64,000 nucleotides of DNA from Octopus bimaculoides (taxonomy: Eukaryota): the NCBI RefSeq assembly GCF_001194135.2, contig NC_068986.1, forward strand, positions 81,469,789-81,533,788. Direction: 5' to 3'. The position numbers and the translations under genes were made by a program. How positions within the stretch are numbered: position 1 is the stretch's first letter; each line of letters starts with the position of its first letter. The notes beneath the pieces were generated by a model. The model made no database searches. It saw only the letters and a list, made by a program, of their open reading frames with translations, and had not been told where the DNA came from. Positions 24,936-36,600 of this stretch are shown piece after piece.

Positions 24936-26337
24936 GATGACACATGGATGAAAAAGCACAAATGAAGCAAGAAAAAAAAACTGGATATAAAGGGAACTGC
25001 ATTTAGTGTCCTACAGAAAACTACACTGGTACAGGCTCGTGAACTTAAAAATATCAACTCAGGTCCTCTTTGTTATGCTGGAAACATGACAACCTTTTGG
25101 TACTGGTGAACAGACAGATACAACATAGGATAGTGTGGACCAGCTGTTGATGAACAGAAAACATTTTACATTAGAAAAATTATTCTGCTTTTGAAATCAA
25201 TGAATTTGAATAATAATGTTATAGCAATAGCTGAATTATAACAGTTTTCATAGCACCTTGGGTGCCTTTAGCAAACTTCAGTCTGGGCCAGGTCTCAGTA
25301 TGGGAATAACTTCTTTACTCCTGCCAATATTAGAGGTCCTGTAAAGATGTCGTGAGTCCTGGCTTTCCTACTAACTAAATAAAAAAATAAAAAATAAAAA
25401 ACACAGCTAATACTGAAAAATTACGTGCAGAAATCCTTTATTACAAACATGCTACTGGAGGAAATCTTTTCAGAGATCTTGCAGTATTTTAATCTCTTCT
25501 TAACATTACTTTCCTCAAATGCTGAGTGGCAGAAAAGTTATTCAGTAGTAGCTAAGTTATCAACTCAAAATTAGTATGAAGCTAACTACCAGTACAAAGG
25601 AGTTGTTCTGTAAAATATAGCCCGAAACAATACGATAAGGGCTGCAAAGTAATGCTAAAGAAGATTGAAACAATGTGCACATATCAGAAATAACGTAAAA
25701 TACTTGTCAGTTGTATATTTATATATTGGCAAAAACTTAATTTCTACGTGTTCTTTTTAAATGAGGTAATTCGCATTATTTTTTCTTAGACATCTTTAGC
25801 ATTTTTGTTTTTGTAGAAATCTTAAACTGGAATTCTCATTGGTAATACTTGCAGCGAATTTGAAACAAATTTTATTTTCGTTATGGAAATTATTAAAAAA
25901 TTAGGATAACAAAAGCGATCTCAATTTAGTTGTCACATACGTGTACTAATTATGAAGGAAATAAGCATCACCGATTAGCAATAATACTGGAAAGTTTATT
26001 GCAATATTTAGTTAGAATCACTCGAAACTGAGAGCAAAAAAAACTCTTTGACAGGAAAACTGGTTCGAGTTTAGAAAGATTAGAACAATTGTTTACTCTC
26101 CGGTTGGCCCTAATCGAGGCATTCTAGTTATCTTTTATTTCTGACATTATACCCTTGACAACATTATTCAGTGTTGATTCTTTTTTTATAGATGGTAGGG
26201 TGTGGTCTAAGGGATACTTGGTTACTATTCATAGGTCAAGCGCCCCATGAAAAACGTTTCACAGTAGCAAAGATGTGCCTAGAATATTGCTTGGCAGTGG
26301 TGGTAGTTATACTGTATATATTCTTCATTTGATGAAG

Positions 26338-26349
26338 ACTGACGTCAGT
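26338..26349. promoter_or_regulatory. Canonical cAMP-response element TGACGTCA within a 12-bp palindrome
   Basis: ACTGACGTCAGT, with the core at 26340-26347, about 770 bp upstream of the PKA-RI ATG. Confidence 0.5.
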
Positions 26350-26447
26350 TTTTTTTTCATTCGGGCTCAGATAATGGAACTGATTTCAAAGTAATATTGA
26401 TACTTGAGCATTTTTTCTTTCTTTCTTTTTTTTTTTTCGTTTTATAA

Positions 26448-26665
26448 TAGCTGTTCCTCGAAGACCCATGCCTCATAGGAAAGGAAAAGGGTATGGAATC
26501 GGGGGCCAGAAATATAAAAAAATGAAATTTTTGGAAATTTTCAGTTTTCTTTTAAAAAAATTCTAATTTCGGTTTTATGAAACATAGGGTCACTAAAAAA
26601 AAAAAAGGAGAGGTAAAAGACCTTTTTTTTTTTCCCTCGAGGTAAGGGATTTCGAAGAACAACTA
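26448..26665. mobile_element. Decayed MITE in the PKA-RI upstream region
   Basis: Inverted repeats TAGCTGTTCCTCGAAGACCCATGCCTC versus the reverse complement TAGTTGTTCTTCGAAATCCCTTACCTC (21/27 match); the ends include TA. Confidence 0.6.
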
Positions 26666-27106
26666 TGCCAAAACTCAATTCTTTTTTTTTTCACTCTCAC
26701 GGAGGAATGGAAGGCACTGTCAATGACTTTAAAATTTAAATGAAGAGGCTATACAATAAATACATAGGCATATAATCGCTTCGATTATAAGTAGCAGGAG
26801 AAAATACGAAGTTTTGTTGCTTGCAAGTTAACAACTTGATATGCAGCTGCAACTAGTGGAATTTGAACGCCCGCACCTTCTGTGTGTGAGAGTGTGTGTG
26901 TGTGTGTGTGAAAGAGAGAGAGAGATAGTGAGTTAAAGAGCGATGTAAACACAGCGTGTCTCTGCGAAAGTAACGCCTGAACAAATTGTGCCCATAACTT
27001 GCTAACAACGAATTGCTGGTTGGTTGGTTGTGACGAACCGTTTTTAAAGCAAGCCAACCAGAGGCAAGATTATATGTATAGCTTGGTGAAATCACATATG
27101 GTGTGC

Positions 27107-27118
27107 CAAGATGGCGGC
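27107..27118 (+). promoter_or_regulatory. YY1/Pho-type motif overlapping the start codon
   Basis: CAAGATGGCGGC is an exact match to the YY1 consensus. Confidence 0.45.
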
Positions 27119-27275
27119 CAGTGCAGACGATGAACAGAGTCTCCGTGAGTGTGAAGTCTATGTACAACGACACAACATACAGCAAATTCTCAAGGATTGC
27201 ATTGTACAGTTGTGTATCAGTCGGCCTGATAATCCAGTACCGTTTCTAAGGGATTATTTTGAAAAGTTAGAGAAG
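27111..27275 (+). CDS. PRKAR1A: cAMP-dependent protein kinase type I regulatory subunit, first coding exon (dimerization/docking domain)
   Basis: 55 codons, [55 protein letters not shown], closely matching the RI-alpha N-terminus (human [46 protein letters not shown]), with both D/D cysteines. Strong Kozak context (gccaagATGG). Ends at a consensus donor AAG|GTAAGT (27275/27276). The supplied ORF to 27368 reads through into the intron. The symbol denotes the type I family; no A/B paralog distinction is implied. Confidence 0.95.
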
Positions 27276-30194
27276 GTAAGTCATTATTGTATTTTGCAGG
27301 CGATATACATTCGCGTGTGTGTGAGAGTGTGTGGTGCTGGGAGAATGAATCGAAACCTTTCTCTTTGATTTTATAATTTGACACATGTGCATTGGCAGAA
27401 GAAATCTGAGAATGTTTGTCCAGTTCTAACTGTCGGAGTTGAATTAATATCATTCAATAGAGAAACGTTCGTTTTGCCAGTTCTGCTGTAATAGAATGGT
27501 ATTGTCAGAGGGAAAGAATGGTGTGGTTGTGTTGAGAGATGTGTGATTCTCACACATCTCTCAACTATCTCCCTCTCCTCTTCATTTTTTTTCACTGGTA
27601 TAGAACGAAGATATAAGGTAGTTTGTTCCAAGCACGATATCGTCACTGTTGTTGCTTTCTACCGTCTTGTCATACTTATTAACTTATTAATTATATCTGT
27701 TTGATTAATGGTCCTTAATATTCTGGTCTTTCTGAGAGAGAAAGACATAAGAAAGAAGAGAAGAATAGTTAAAGAGTTTGTGTTTGGAAGATAAATATAG
27801 ATACAGAGTTTGTAAGATAAACACAGAGAGAGAAAATACAAGGAAGGAAGGAAGGATAAACTTGATGTAACTACTTTGTTTACTTTTTCACAGCGAAGTT
27901 CCCCCCTCCCTTCTTGGTAAAAGCTTCCACTTTCTCTTCTGTCTATAATAGGAAGTTGTTTCAAAATTTTACCCTGCAAATGACCTAAAAAATAGGATCT
28001 TGGAGGATTTGAGGAAGTTATTTGTTGATCCCTATAATCTGAAATTAAATGCGTCTCTTGATGAAGCGAGAATGGTATTATTTTTATGCTGTTATTCCCC
28101 GCCCATTATCTGTGTGGTTACATTCAGTGGACCAAAGGCTACCCATATTGTAGTACCAGTTATATATTCAGGTTGATTCACTCGGCTCTTTTACGTCCCC
28201 TATAAAATTGGCGCCGTGCCCATGTTAAAGTCTCTAAAGTAGAACATCTAACTTTGCAGATCATATTACTTCAGTTCCACCTGAAACTTCGCCCAAACTG
28301 TCTACATTACCGGGGTGGAATATTTTTTCTTTAAATCTCACCCTTTTCGTTATATTTATACATTTCTATATCTGGTTTTTACGGTTTAGTTTCAATAGGA
28401 AGTCTACTTTGATAAATTCACCACCTATCTGACTGTATTTGTATGTTAGAGGCTGGTTAAAAGAATTAAGGGTGGCTGGCTGTGTGTGTGTGTGTGCGAG
28501 TGAGAGAGAGAAAGAAGCGTTGTATTAATTAAAAAGACGGTTTCTAAAAGAATGAAGATGGAAATAGAAACCAGAATCTACTTAGAGAATTTCTGTTGTA
28601 ATTTCCACGAGAGTCATATTTCTTATGAACATATTTTCTTAAAATATTTTAAAGGTTACAGATTCCCAGATATTTCAAGATAAACTATTAATGTCTTATA
28701 GCACTCATGATATGTGCTAATTCAAAGTTATTTCAACAAGATTCATGTGCTTAAAGGAAGTTCTATTTCAGTCCCATTTCATTAAATAATTCCATATTTT
28801 CATATCACATGCAAGTTACATATTTATGAAGATTTATAAATTTTTTTTATACGTCTTCATTTTTGACGGCCTTTTGGAAGACCACACTTTTGTTTCTGTC
28901 AGGCTGGGTTGATGCCATTTCCATCAATCACGCAACTCATCCCAGGTTGTGTCTATACCAACTAATTATGTTGTATTGCTTTGTTGGAATAAAATAGTTA
29001 TAGGTATATCTCTGTTCAATTGCTCCAGTCATTTCTCTTTGCTCTACCAATCAGTCCTGACTCCTATTAACAGCACCATTATTTAATGTAACCTATTAAG
29101 TTTTCCTCTCTTTACCTACTATGTTGTAAAGATGTGCATCAAATTCCTGCTACATTATGTTTATAACAGCATTGATCTAACATCCTCAGTATTTAGTGTG
29201 TTTGGTAACTACAGAACATCTCATTACACCCCCAAAATCTTCATTTATCAATGGTCATTACTTTTGAGTGTTTGGATATGTTGGAAGTTTTTTACAGATG
29301 ATTAATCCACATTGCTGTCAAGATCTGTTGAATCTTCAGAATATCCAAGATTAACCCTCTGCAGAATGATCACATTTGGTGAGCTTGTTTTTGTCTGCAA
29401 ATTAATTTAAAACAGCTTTTGCACTGGTCTCGTCATGGGAATCATATGTATCATTGAAAGTTAATATAAAGACTACACATATTTGATCACAACAATGAAG
29501 AGAACATAAAAAAGTGCTAAAAATTGAACCAAAAGGATTTGGGAAAACTAAAAATTACCATTAATGTTACATCAGGCAAATATCAATAGATGTTGAAAGA
29601 AATGGGTAATGAGTACTGAAGGTGGAAAGGTGAATCAAGAGGAATACTCTAAGATTATTCTCTAACTAAAAGAATTTGTGATGAGGTAATAAGAAGTGGA
29701 CATCTTACTTCCATGTCTGTGTCTGCTTCTAAGTGCTGTCCTGTATATATACCTCAGCATTTATGTTAACTGTTTTAAGATTTAGTGCTTTCTGATTTTT
29801 AAGGAAAGTGAAACTACAAGTCTAATATAATATCACTTAATAAAATTGATTAAAAATTGTAATTATTTTGAGTCAAGGGAGCTTTTACATGGTTGCTCAA
29901 CTTGCCAGAAATAATAGCCATATCTCCCTCAAATCTTATCCTATCATTAAAAAAAAAAAAAAAGGGTAAAGTAGATACTGTAGTCTTTGATAAGCTTTGT
30001 TTAGATAAAAGACTTGAACATAAATCTAGTGGATCAAAGTTAATGTGGAGCAAACAATTTCCTGTTTTTTAAGTATTTAGTGAAAAATTTCAGGCCAATT
30101 CCAAAGTAACCATGTGGTTTGAATTATTTTTCTTTGGGATTTGTGTTGTTGGTTGCTGCATTTGAATTCTCTGGATGTTCCTTTACATTCAGAT

Positions 30195-30450
30195 GGATGT
30201 AGAAAGTGACCAACAAGCAACTGTATGGTGACCTCAGTAGTTGACCAACAAGATAGCAGGAAGACTGCTATAGTTTGATTAGTATAGTTTGTCTGAGATA
30301 CTCAAAGTTGCTCACCAGCCAGTACATCATCTAAAAACCAAAGAGGATGAATTAATGGGTGCCTTTCCAAAACCATGATCAAGAACAGTGGGGCTGTGAC
30401 TGCTGATGAACTTGGATCACCAATGATGCAATGGGATGTGTTGTAAGCTA
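30195..30450 (+). mobile_element. Decayed RTE-like LINE ORF2 C-terminal fragment
   Basis: KVTNKQLYGDL...TNKIAGR (cf. VTNxELYGxL), with a downstream decayed GRP region. Confidence 0.5.
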
Positions 30451-30683
30451 CTGTGCTTGATACAAGTGCAAGTTATAATCAGTGATTCCTTATAATATTT
30501 CATCATGAAACTAATACAGCTAAAATAATTCATTTAGAAGCTCCTAATCCATAGAATTTATATCAATATTGTAAATTCTTTAGGAGTTAATATGAATTTG
30601 CATAAATTTATCCTTTCTCAGACATTGCATTAGTGTTTTATTTATTTATTTTTTGGGGACAAAATCAGTGGTGTTGGTCAAAT

Positions 30684-30860
30684 TCTTAGTGGCATTTCAT
30701 TCATCTTAATGTTCTGAGTTTAAATTCTACTGTGGTTGACTTTGCCTTTCGTCCTTTTGCAGTCGATAAAATAAGTAGCAGTTGAACACTGGGGTCAATA
30801 TAACTGACTTACCCACTCCTCCGAAATTGCTGGCCTTGTGCCAAAATTTGAAACCAATAT
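30684..30860 (+). mobile_element. SINE family C, 5'-truncated
   Basis: TTCTGAGTTTAAATTC...GGTTGACTTTGCCTTTCGTCC...CTTGTGCCAAAATTTGAAACC. Confidence 0.75.
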
Positions 30861-31119
30861 TTGTTGATAATTTGTAATTTAGTTTGGCAAATTTTACTTT
30901 TGCCTGGACACAAGACCTACAACATATGTAGGGGATGAATATAATTAAATGATTTGTCAAATTGTGGACAACATTTTAAAAAATTGGTAAGATGGGGAAA
31001 GGATGAAGTTACTAGTGGACATTTTGTTCAGAGGTTACAGGAATTGTAATATATTTATTGATTCACTCTCCTATCTTAGCTACTTGGTCTCCGCTGCCTC
31101 AATATTAATTTGTAATGCA

Positions 31120-31340
31120 AGGTGGTGAGCTGGCAGTAGTGTTAGCACACCGTGTGATATGCTTAGTGGCATTTTGTCCAGCTTTATGTTTTGAGTTCAA
31201 ATTCCAGTGGGAGAGAAACTTTGCTTTTCATCCATTTGGGATTGATAAAGTAAGTAGTAGCTGAACACTGGGTTTGATATAATCGACTTACCACTCCCCT
31301 AAAATTGCTGACCTTGTGCCAAAATTTGAAACCAATATTA
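31120..31340 (+). mobile_element. SINE family C
   Basis: GGTGGTGAGCTGGCAG head through the CTTGTGCCAAAATTTGAAACC tail. Confidence 0.8.
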
Positions 31341-31999
31341 ATTTCTAATGTATGTTCTTTATTATTGAGCAACTTACTATCAAAGTTGTCATGATGATCC
31401 CACAATTGTTCATTCATTGTATATGTAAGGATACATCTTCCAATGTGCCTTTCTCTTTTTATGATGGTAGGGTTTGCTCTGAGGGAGATTTAACAGTTAT
31501 TGTAAGCAACTCTAGCAACCACTATCCAGCTCACTTTAATAATTTTGCTACAAGCTCATAAATCATTAAAAAGAATATAGTCAGTGGAGTTGACCCCTAG
31601 GACTTGTAATTATTTTATTAGCATTGCCCTACATGGGGGATGAAAGTTTGAGTCTAACAGGATCTGAACTTGTAACAAAATGATGTAACTAAATAACACA
31701 TTAAGTTTTATCTAGGTCTTCACCAATTATTACATACTTCTATTGAACTATAATCATTTCTAATGTAAGCATAAGGCGGTGCTCTAGCATGGCCGCAGTC
31801 CTACAACTGAAACCATTAATAGAATAAAAGATTAAAGGCCTGAAATTTGTTAGATGGAGGTTAGTTGATTAAAGTGATTCTGTTACTTGATTGGTATTTT
31901 ATCACACACAAAAAGGTTAGAAGAAATATTCTATTTTCCTGATGCTCTTCCAATTCACTACCTGGTTTTAGTAGTAGTAGTAGTAGTAGTAGTAGTAAT

Positions 32000-32452
32000 A
32001 AAAATAATGGTTTCAAATTTTGGCACATGACCAGCAATTTTGAGGGAAGGGGTAAGTCAATAACATCAACCCTAGTGCTCAACTGGTACTAATTTTATTG
32101 ACTCTGAAAGGATGAAAGTTAAAGTTGATCTTGGCAGAATTTGAAGTCAGACTGTAAAGACAGGCAAAATACCGCTAAGCGTTTTTCCTATTGTATTAAC
32201 AATTCTGCCAGCTCACCATTTTAATAATAATAATAATAATCCTTTCTACTGGAGGCACAAGGCCTCAGATTTGATGGGAGGGGACTTAGTCGTTAATGTC
32301 AACCCCAGTGTTTCACTGGTACTTAATTTATCGACCCCGAAAGGATGAGAGGCAAAGTCAACCTTGGTGGAATTTGAATTTAGAATGTTATGACAGACAA
32401 AATGCTGTTATGCATTTCACCTGGCATGCTAATGATTCTACCAGCTTACCAT
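32000..32452 (-). mobile_element. Two tandem SINE family C copies (about 32000-32220 and 32236-32452)
   Basis: Each is the reverse complement of the family C consensus; they are separated by (AAT)n. Confidence 0.8.
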
Positions 32453-32453
32453 C

Positions 32454-32491
<38 letters not shown>

Positions 32492-32856
32492 TCATTTATT
32501 GGCCACAAGGGCTTACATAAAATTTCATTAAAACACATATAACAACATAAAAGACAAAAACAGAACGATACAATGGGTTTACAACGTGTAAACAATATAT
32601 ATAATGATTAAACATTAAACAATTTAAAACTCCCAATAGGGGTGGCGCTTTAAGGATCTTGTGGAAAAACCCACAAAAGCCACGGGTACCTGATCAACAG
32701 GGCAAGAGCCCTTCTTTTGTTTAAAGGTGCACGCTCAGAATTGGCCATTCTATCAACATTCATCCACGTTTCAACAAACTTGCTACAAGGCAACACTTCC
32801 CTCTCCACCCTCAACTTCCTTTTCAAGTAAAACTTGAGAAAGTTGATGAGGGCTTT
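32492..32856 (-). mobile_element. 5'-truncated Tx1/L1-like LINE 3' end flanked by (AAT)n
   Basis: Open frame KALINFLKFYLKRKLRVEREVLPCSKFVETWMNVDRM..., resembling Tx1-type ORF2 termini. AATAAA precedes the (ATT)n tail; CpGs are retained. Confidence 0.6.
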
Positions 32857-33519
32857 AATAATAATAATAATAAATTAGAACTTAATCCTATACACCCGCC
32901 AATATGTAAAAGAGGACAAACAAACAACAAAATAATAGACTCACCTAAACTAACTACACCTCACAACTTATTAGGAATTGAACATAAAATAGCATAAGCA
33001 AATAAAAAATATCATTCAGGTTTAATATGAATAGGAGTAACTAAAGGATAATTTTAAAAATGGTTAATAATATTTATTTGTGTATAGTGTTGTTATAGTT
33101 TAGTTAAATTGATTATATGTATTTCTTTAGAATATTAGGTAATAATAGTTGAACATTATATATATATGGAAAGCGGATGTTAAACGATGATGATGATGAT
33201 GATGATGATGATATATATATATGTATGTATTTGGGGAGAGGAAAGAGACAATGGAATCAACTACACTATTTGACTGTTAATTTTATAATAATAAATATAA
33301 TATTGTTTATCTGTGAATTTGCTAATTTTTATCATCTTTTCTATTAGTGCTGGCATTTGAAAGAAGCAGTTGTATAGCCAGAAGTTTACATGTATATATC
33401 TAAAAAGCATGTAAAATCAAAAAGAAAACCTGCCAATTCTGGAGTGAAAGTAATAAATGGCAATTTACAACCACCTCTTCCAAAGGTTAAGTAGTGTCAT
33501 TGTTTTGAATTAACAATAT

Positions 33520-33670
33520 ATTACCTGGTAGCTTCAAAACTTTGATGATGTGATTATATATTTTGAGAATCACATTGTAGAGTAGGTGTGAGAGGCCTAA
33601 TCTGGGTTTGAGTATAAAACAGGTAGAATATTTGGGCCATATATGGCTGGTTTAAGTGCTAACGGGTGAA
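33520..33670. mobile_element. piggyBac-like MITE fragment
   Basis: Homologous to the right part of 54907-55109 (GGTAGAATATTTGGGCCATATATGGCTGGTTTAA). Confidence 0.55.
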
Positions 33671-36600
33671 TTCATGAATTTTCTTTTTTGTATGTTATTT
33701 AACGAGTTTATTGATTCCTTATAATCCTTACAAACAGAACATTGGACATAAATAAATGAAAAAAAAAAAAAAACAGAAACAAAAAAATCAGTCCTTTTTA
33801 ATTGACTATTTCAGTAATTCTTATTCTGGCACAGTATAATGGCATTTTTGAATTTTGAGAAATTGCATATATTTTTAGAATAATTGACAGCAGATACCAT
33901 TTCCATATGTAAACATTCTGTTGCAAAAAACAAATGGAACCTGTTGTTAGCTAGGCTGACCCAGGCAACCAGTATTACAAGTATAACTCACTGGCAATAA
34001 TAAGGACAAACTTTTGGCTCTGGAGTATTAGTTGAATTCCCTGATAAAGAAATTTATTCATTTATGGAGTTTCAGACTTGAGAATTGGTTAGATTTCTTT
34101 AGAGTAGAACACTGTTTTAATTTAAAGCTCACCAACCCACTTAGATGTTGTTTATGAGATATGAGTAGAATTGAGCAATATTTATCCTTGATTCAGATGG
34201 ATTTTATATGGGTGTGTTTCCAGTCTTTGTTATTGAAAGCAGTCCTCCACAGCTGCCCACTTGATAGCCAAGTACTAAGTGGTGAGACAAGTGCTTTAGC
34301 AGTTTTCAATGTGTTTTAACTGTCCATTTTCTGAAGGTGGTGTGACCATGTGGTCTTCTAGGAATTCAGTTTATTTTACAAGTTGGTGTGTTTCATAGAA
34401 ACAGAATTTGAATGTGTGTGTGTGTTGTGTTATACAAAATGAAGATTTTATAACTTAATCTGAGACAATTTTAGAAATTATTCATTGTTCTTTAGAGAAG
34501 AGGCAATTTCTGAAGTATACTAACATGACTGTAGTTATACCTAGAGTGGTGAATTCAACACAATGTTTCAAAATTTAGATTTAGATGAGGTCAACTTCTC
34601 TGAAAGGCTATGAGCAAAATGTTAGTCTCTACATCTCACAATGCATTGTCATTATACCTTGAGCCCACATGGGAACATTTATGTAGTAGTTTGACAAGCT
34701 AGAAGTAGCAAACAAATCATCTTCAAATGATATCCTATTTTCATTTAGATAAAGTAATACCAAATATATCATGCAAGGAGCAAGTCAGAATAGCCACAGT
34801 TAAATGCCTTTGGTTCTAAATCTGCTACTATATCAGTGTTTCTTATTTGGAAAGGAAGGGTTGTGATGATTGAAAAGGAGAGGGTTAGACAAATTGCCAT
34901 GTTTAATAGAATTTAAATGATTATAAACTTTTAAAACTTATCCATCATCATGGCAGAGGGAGAATTACAAAATCTTTTTTCCTCTCCTTAAAAGATGGTA
35001 GGTGGGGGCAAAAAATTGGCTAACATCATGGTTAACTGTTGTTTGAGAATTATATATATGGCTTTTGTTTTTATTTCATGTTTTTCATCTTGCCAACTTA
35101 TATTTTGTTGTTTTTGTGTTCAAGACCAATACAAATAACATGTATGGTGAAGATGAGGGCAGTTAGGATAAATGAGAGAACTGGTAGAGCATGTAGCTTT
35201 GCAATAAGATAACATCCAGAGTCAGAGGAAACTGTTGTGGATCTGCAAATCTAAAAAGGAATGTAGTGGTTAACATGTTGCTATGGAGAAAGAAAGAAAA
35301 ATGTGACTCAGGTCTTATATTGAGGAAAAGTAAGAGATCCATGTGCTATTATTTAGAAATCAAGGTCAAAATGTTCTAGTCTTCAGATTGAAGGATGGTA
35401 TGTAATTTCTTAGTTCTGTTATAGTGAAACAGAATGGTAACAGGGGTGTCAACTAGACAGTGCATCTATGGTAGGATCAGCAGGACTACTCATTTGACTG
35501 TGTCAGTACACCAACACTGTATATATATTATACAGGAATAACGATGATGATGATGACTAATAGTGTTGCAGGTGTACAGAGGCACCAACAGTCTTGTATA
35601 TCCACAGATATCATTTCACTTATAATTTTAATTCTTTTTTTCAGTTTATATTAGAATACATAAATTGTTATACGTGCAGGCACTAATGTGTGTGTGTGTG
35701 CTTACACACACACACACACACACACACACGCGTAAGTAGATATGTATATATACATATATAGAGTATGAGTGTTATTTCAACACCTATTTGCAAGTGTAGT
35801 CTTGTTTCTATCAGTTTTTTGTACAAAGAAATTTACTTATCTGAGTACATAATACCTGGTATTAGGTGTTGAAGCTCCACAGAAATAAACTACAACTCTC
35901 TTCACAGGTTTGTTAGACATTAAACCTACTCGCTTTCTGTTTTGTTTTTTCTACAGGGACATCATTTGCTAAAATAGCTTGTAGATTATTCTTTTCTCTT
36001 TTTGGTTTTGTAATTTTTTTTACTTCTATTTTCTGAAGTTAGCAAAGCCAAAAGAATTCTGAAAATTTGGATATTATTGGTGCAATTATTTTTACAGCTG
36101 GTTACTCTTTGTGGCATTAAATATTTAATTCTACAATGAGAATTTTCCTTTTCCTTTTTTCTTTTTATAATTAAGAATCATATCTTGGAAAGACTGAACT
36201 GTTTGTAACAAGTCCTTTCATTATTCTGTCAATATTTACGATGTCTGTGAATTAATTGGTTCTTTTCAACTCAACAACAACCTCATTTGTAACTGATTCC
36301 ACTTGGTATGTATCCTAGGTGGAAGGTTTGCTGTTTCATAAATCTGTTCTGATTTATTTCTAGATGAGCAGATTGTGGCAAATTGTGTGTTGGATTTTTA
36401 TTTTATGAATGTCTAGTAAAAAAGATACTAAGTTATTACATTTGGAAGATTCCTTGTTACTTATTTAAGCATTAAATTGCTGAAATGGACTGTGTTGTGT
36501 ATTTCCATTTCTAAGATAGCAACATAGGTGAAGTATTATATACGTGTTGTTTTTGAATTTAACTCGCTGGAAGCATTTTAATGTCTGAGTAGTCTATCTT

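Larger units (their letters stand above)
25620..28330 (+). promoter_or_regulatory. CpG-retaining promoter/5' region of the PKA-RI gene
   Basis: Visibly more CG dinucleotides in non-repeat sequence than in the CpG-depleted flanks, centred on the start codon. Includes a (GT)n(GA)n tract near 26880-26927 and a TGACG half-site at 27031. Boundaries are approximate. Confidence 0.55.

Noticed and set aside
27276-27368. C-terminal extension VSHYCILQ... of the PKA-RI ORF
   Set aside because: Lies after a consensus donor at a conserved intron position and includes (GT)n; it is intron read-through.
28201-28207. TATAAAA as an intronic promoter
   Set aside because: Common by chance in AT-rich DNA, with no supporting downstream exon.
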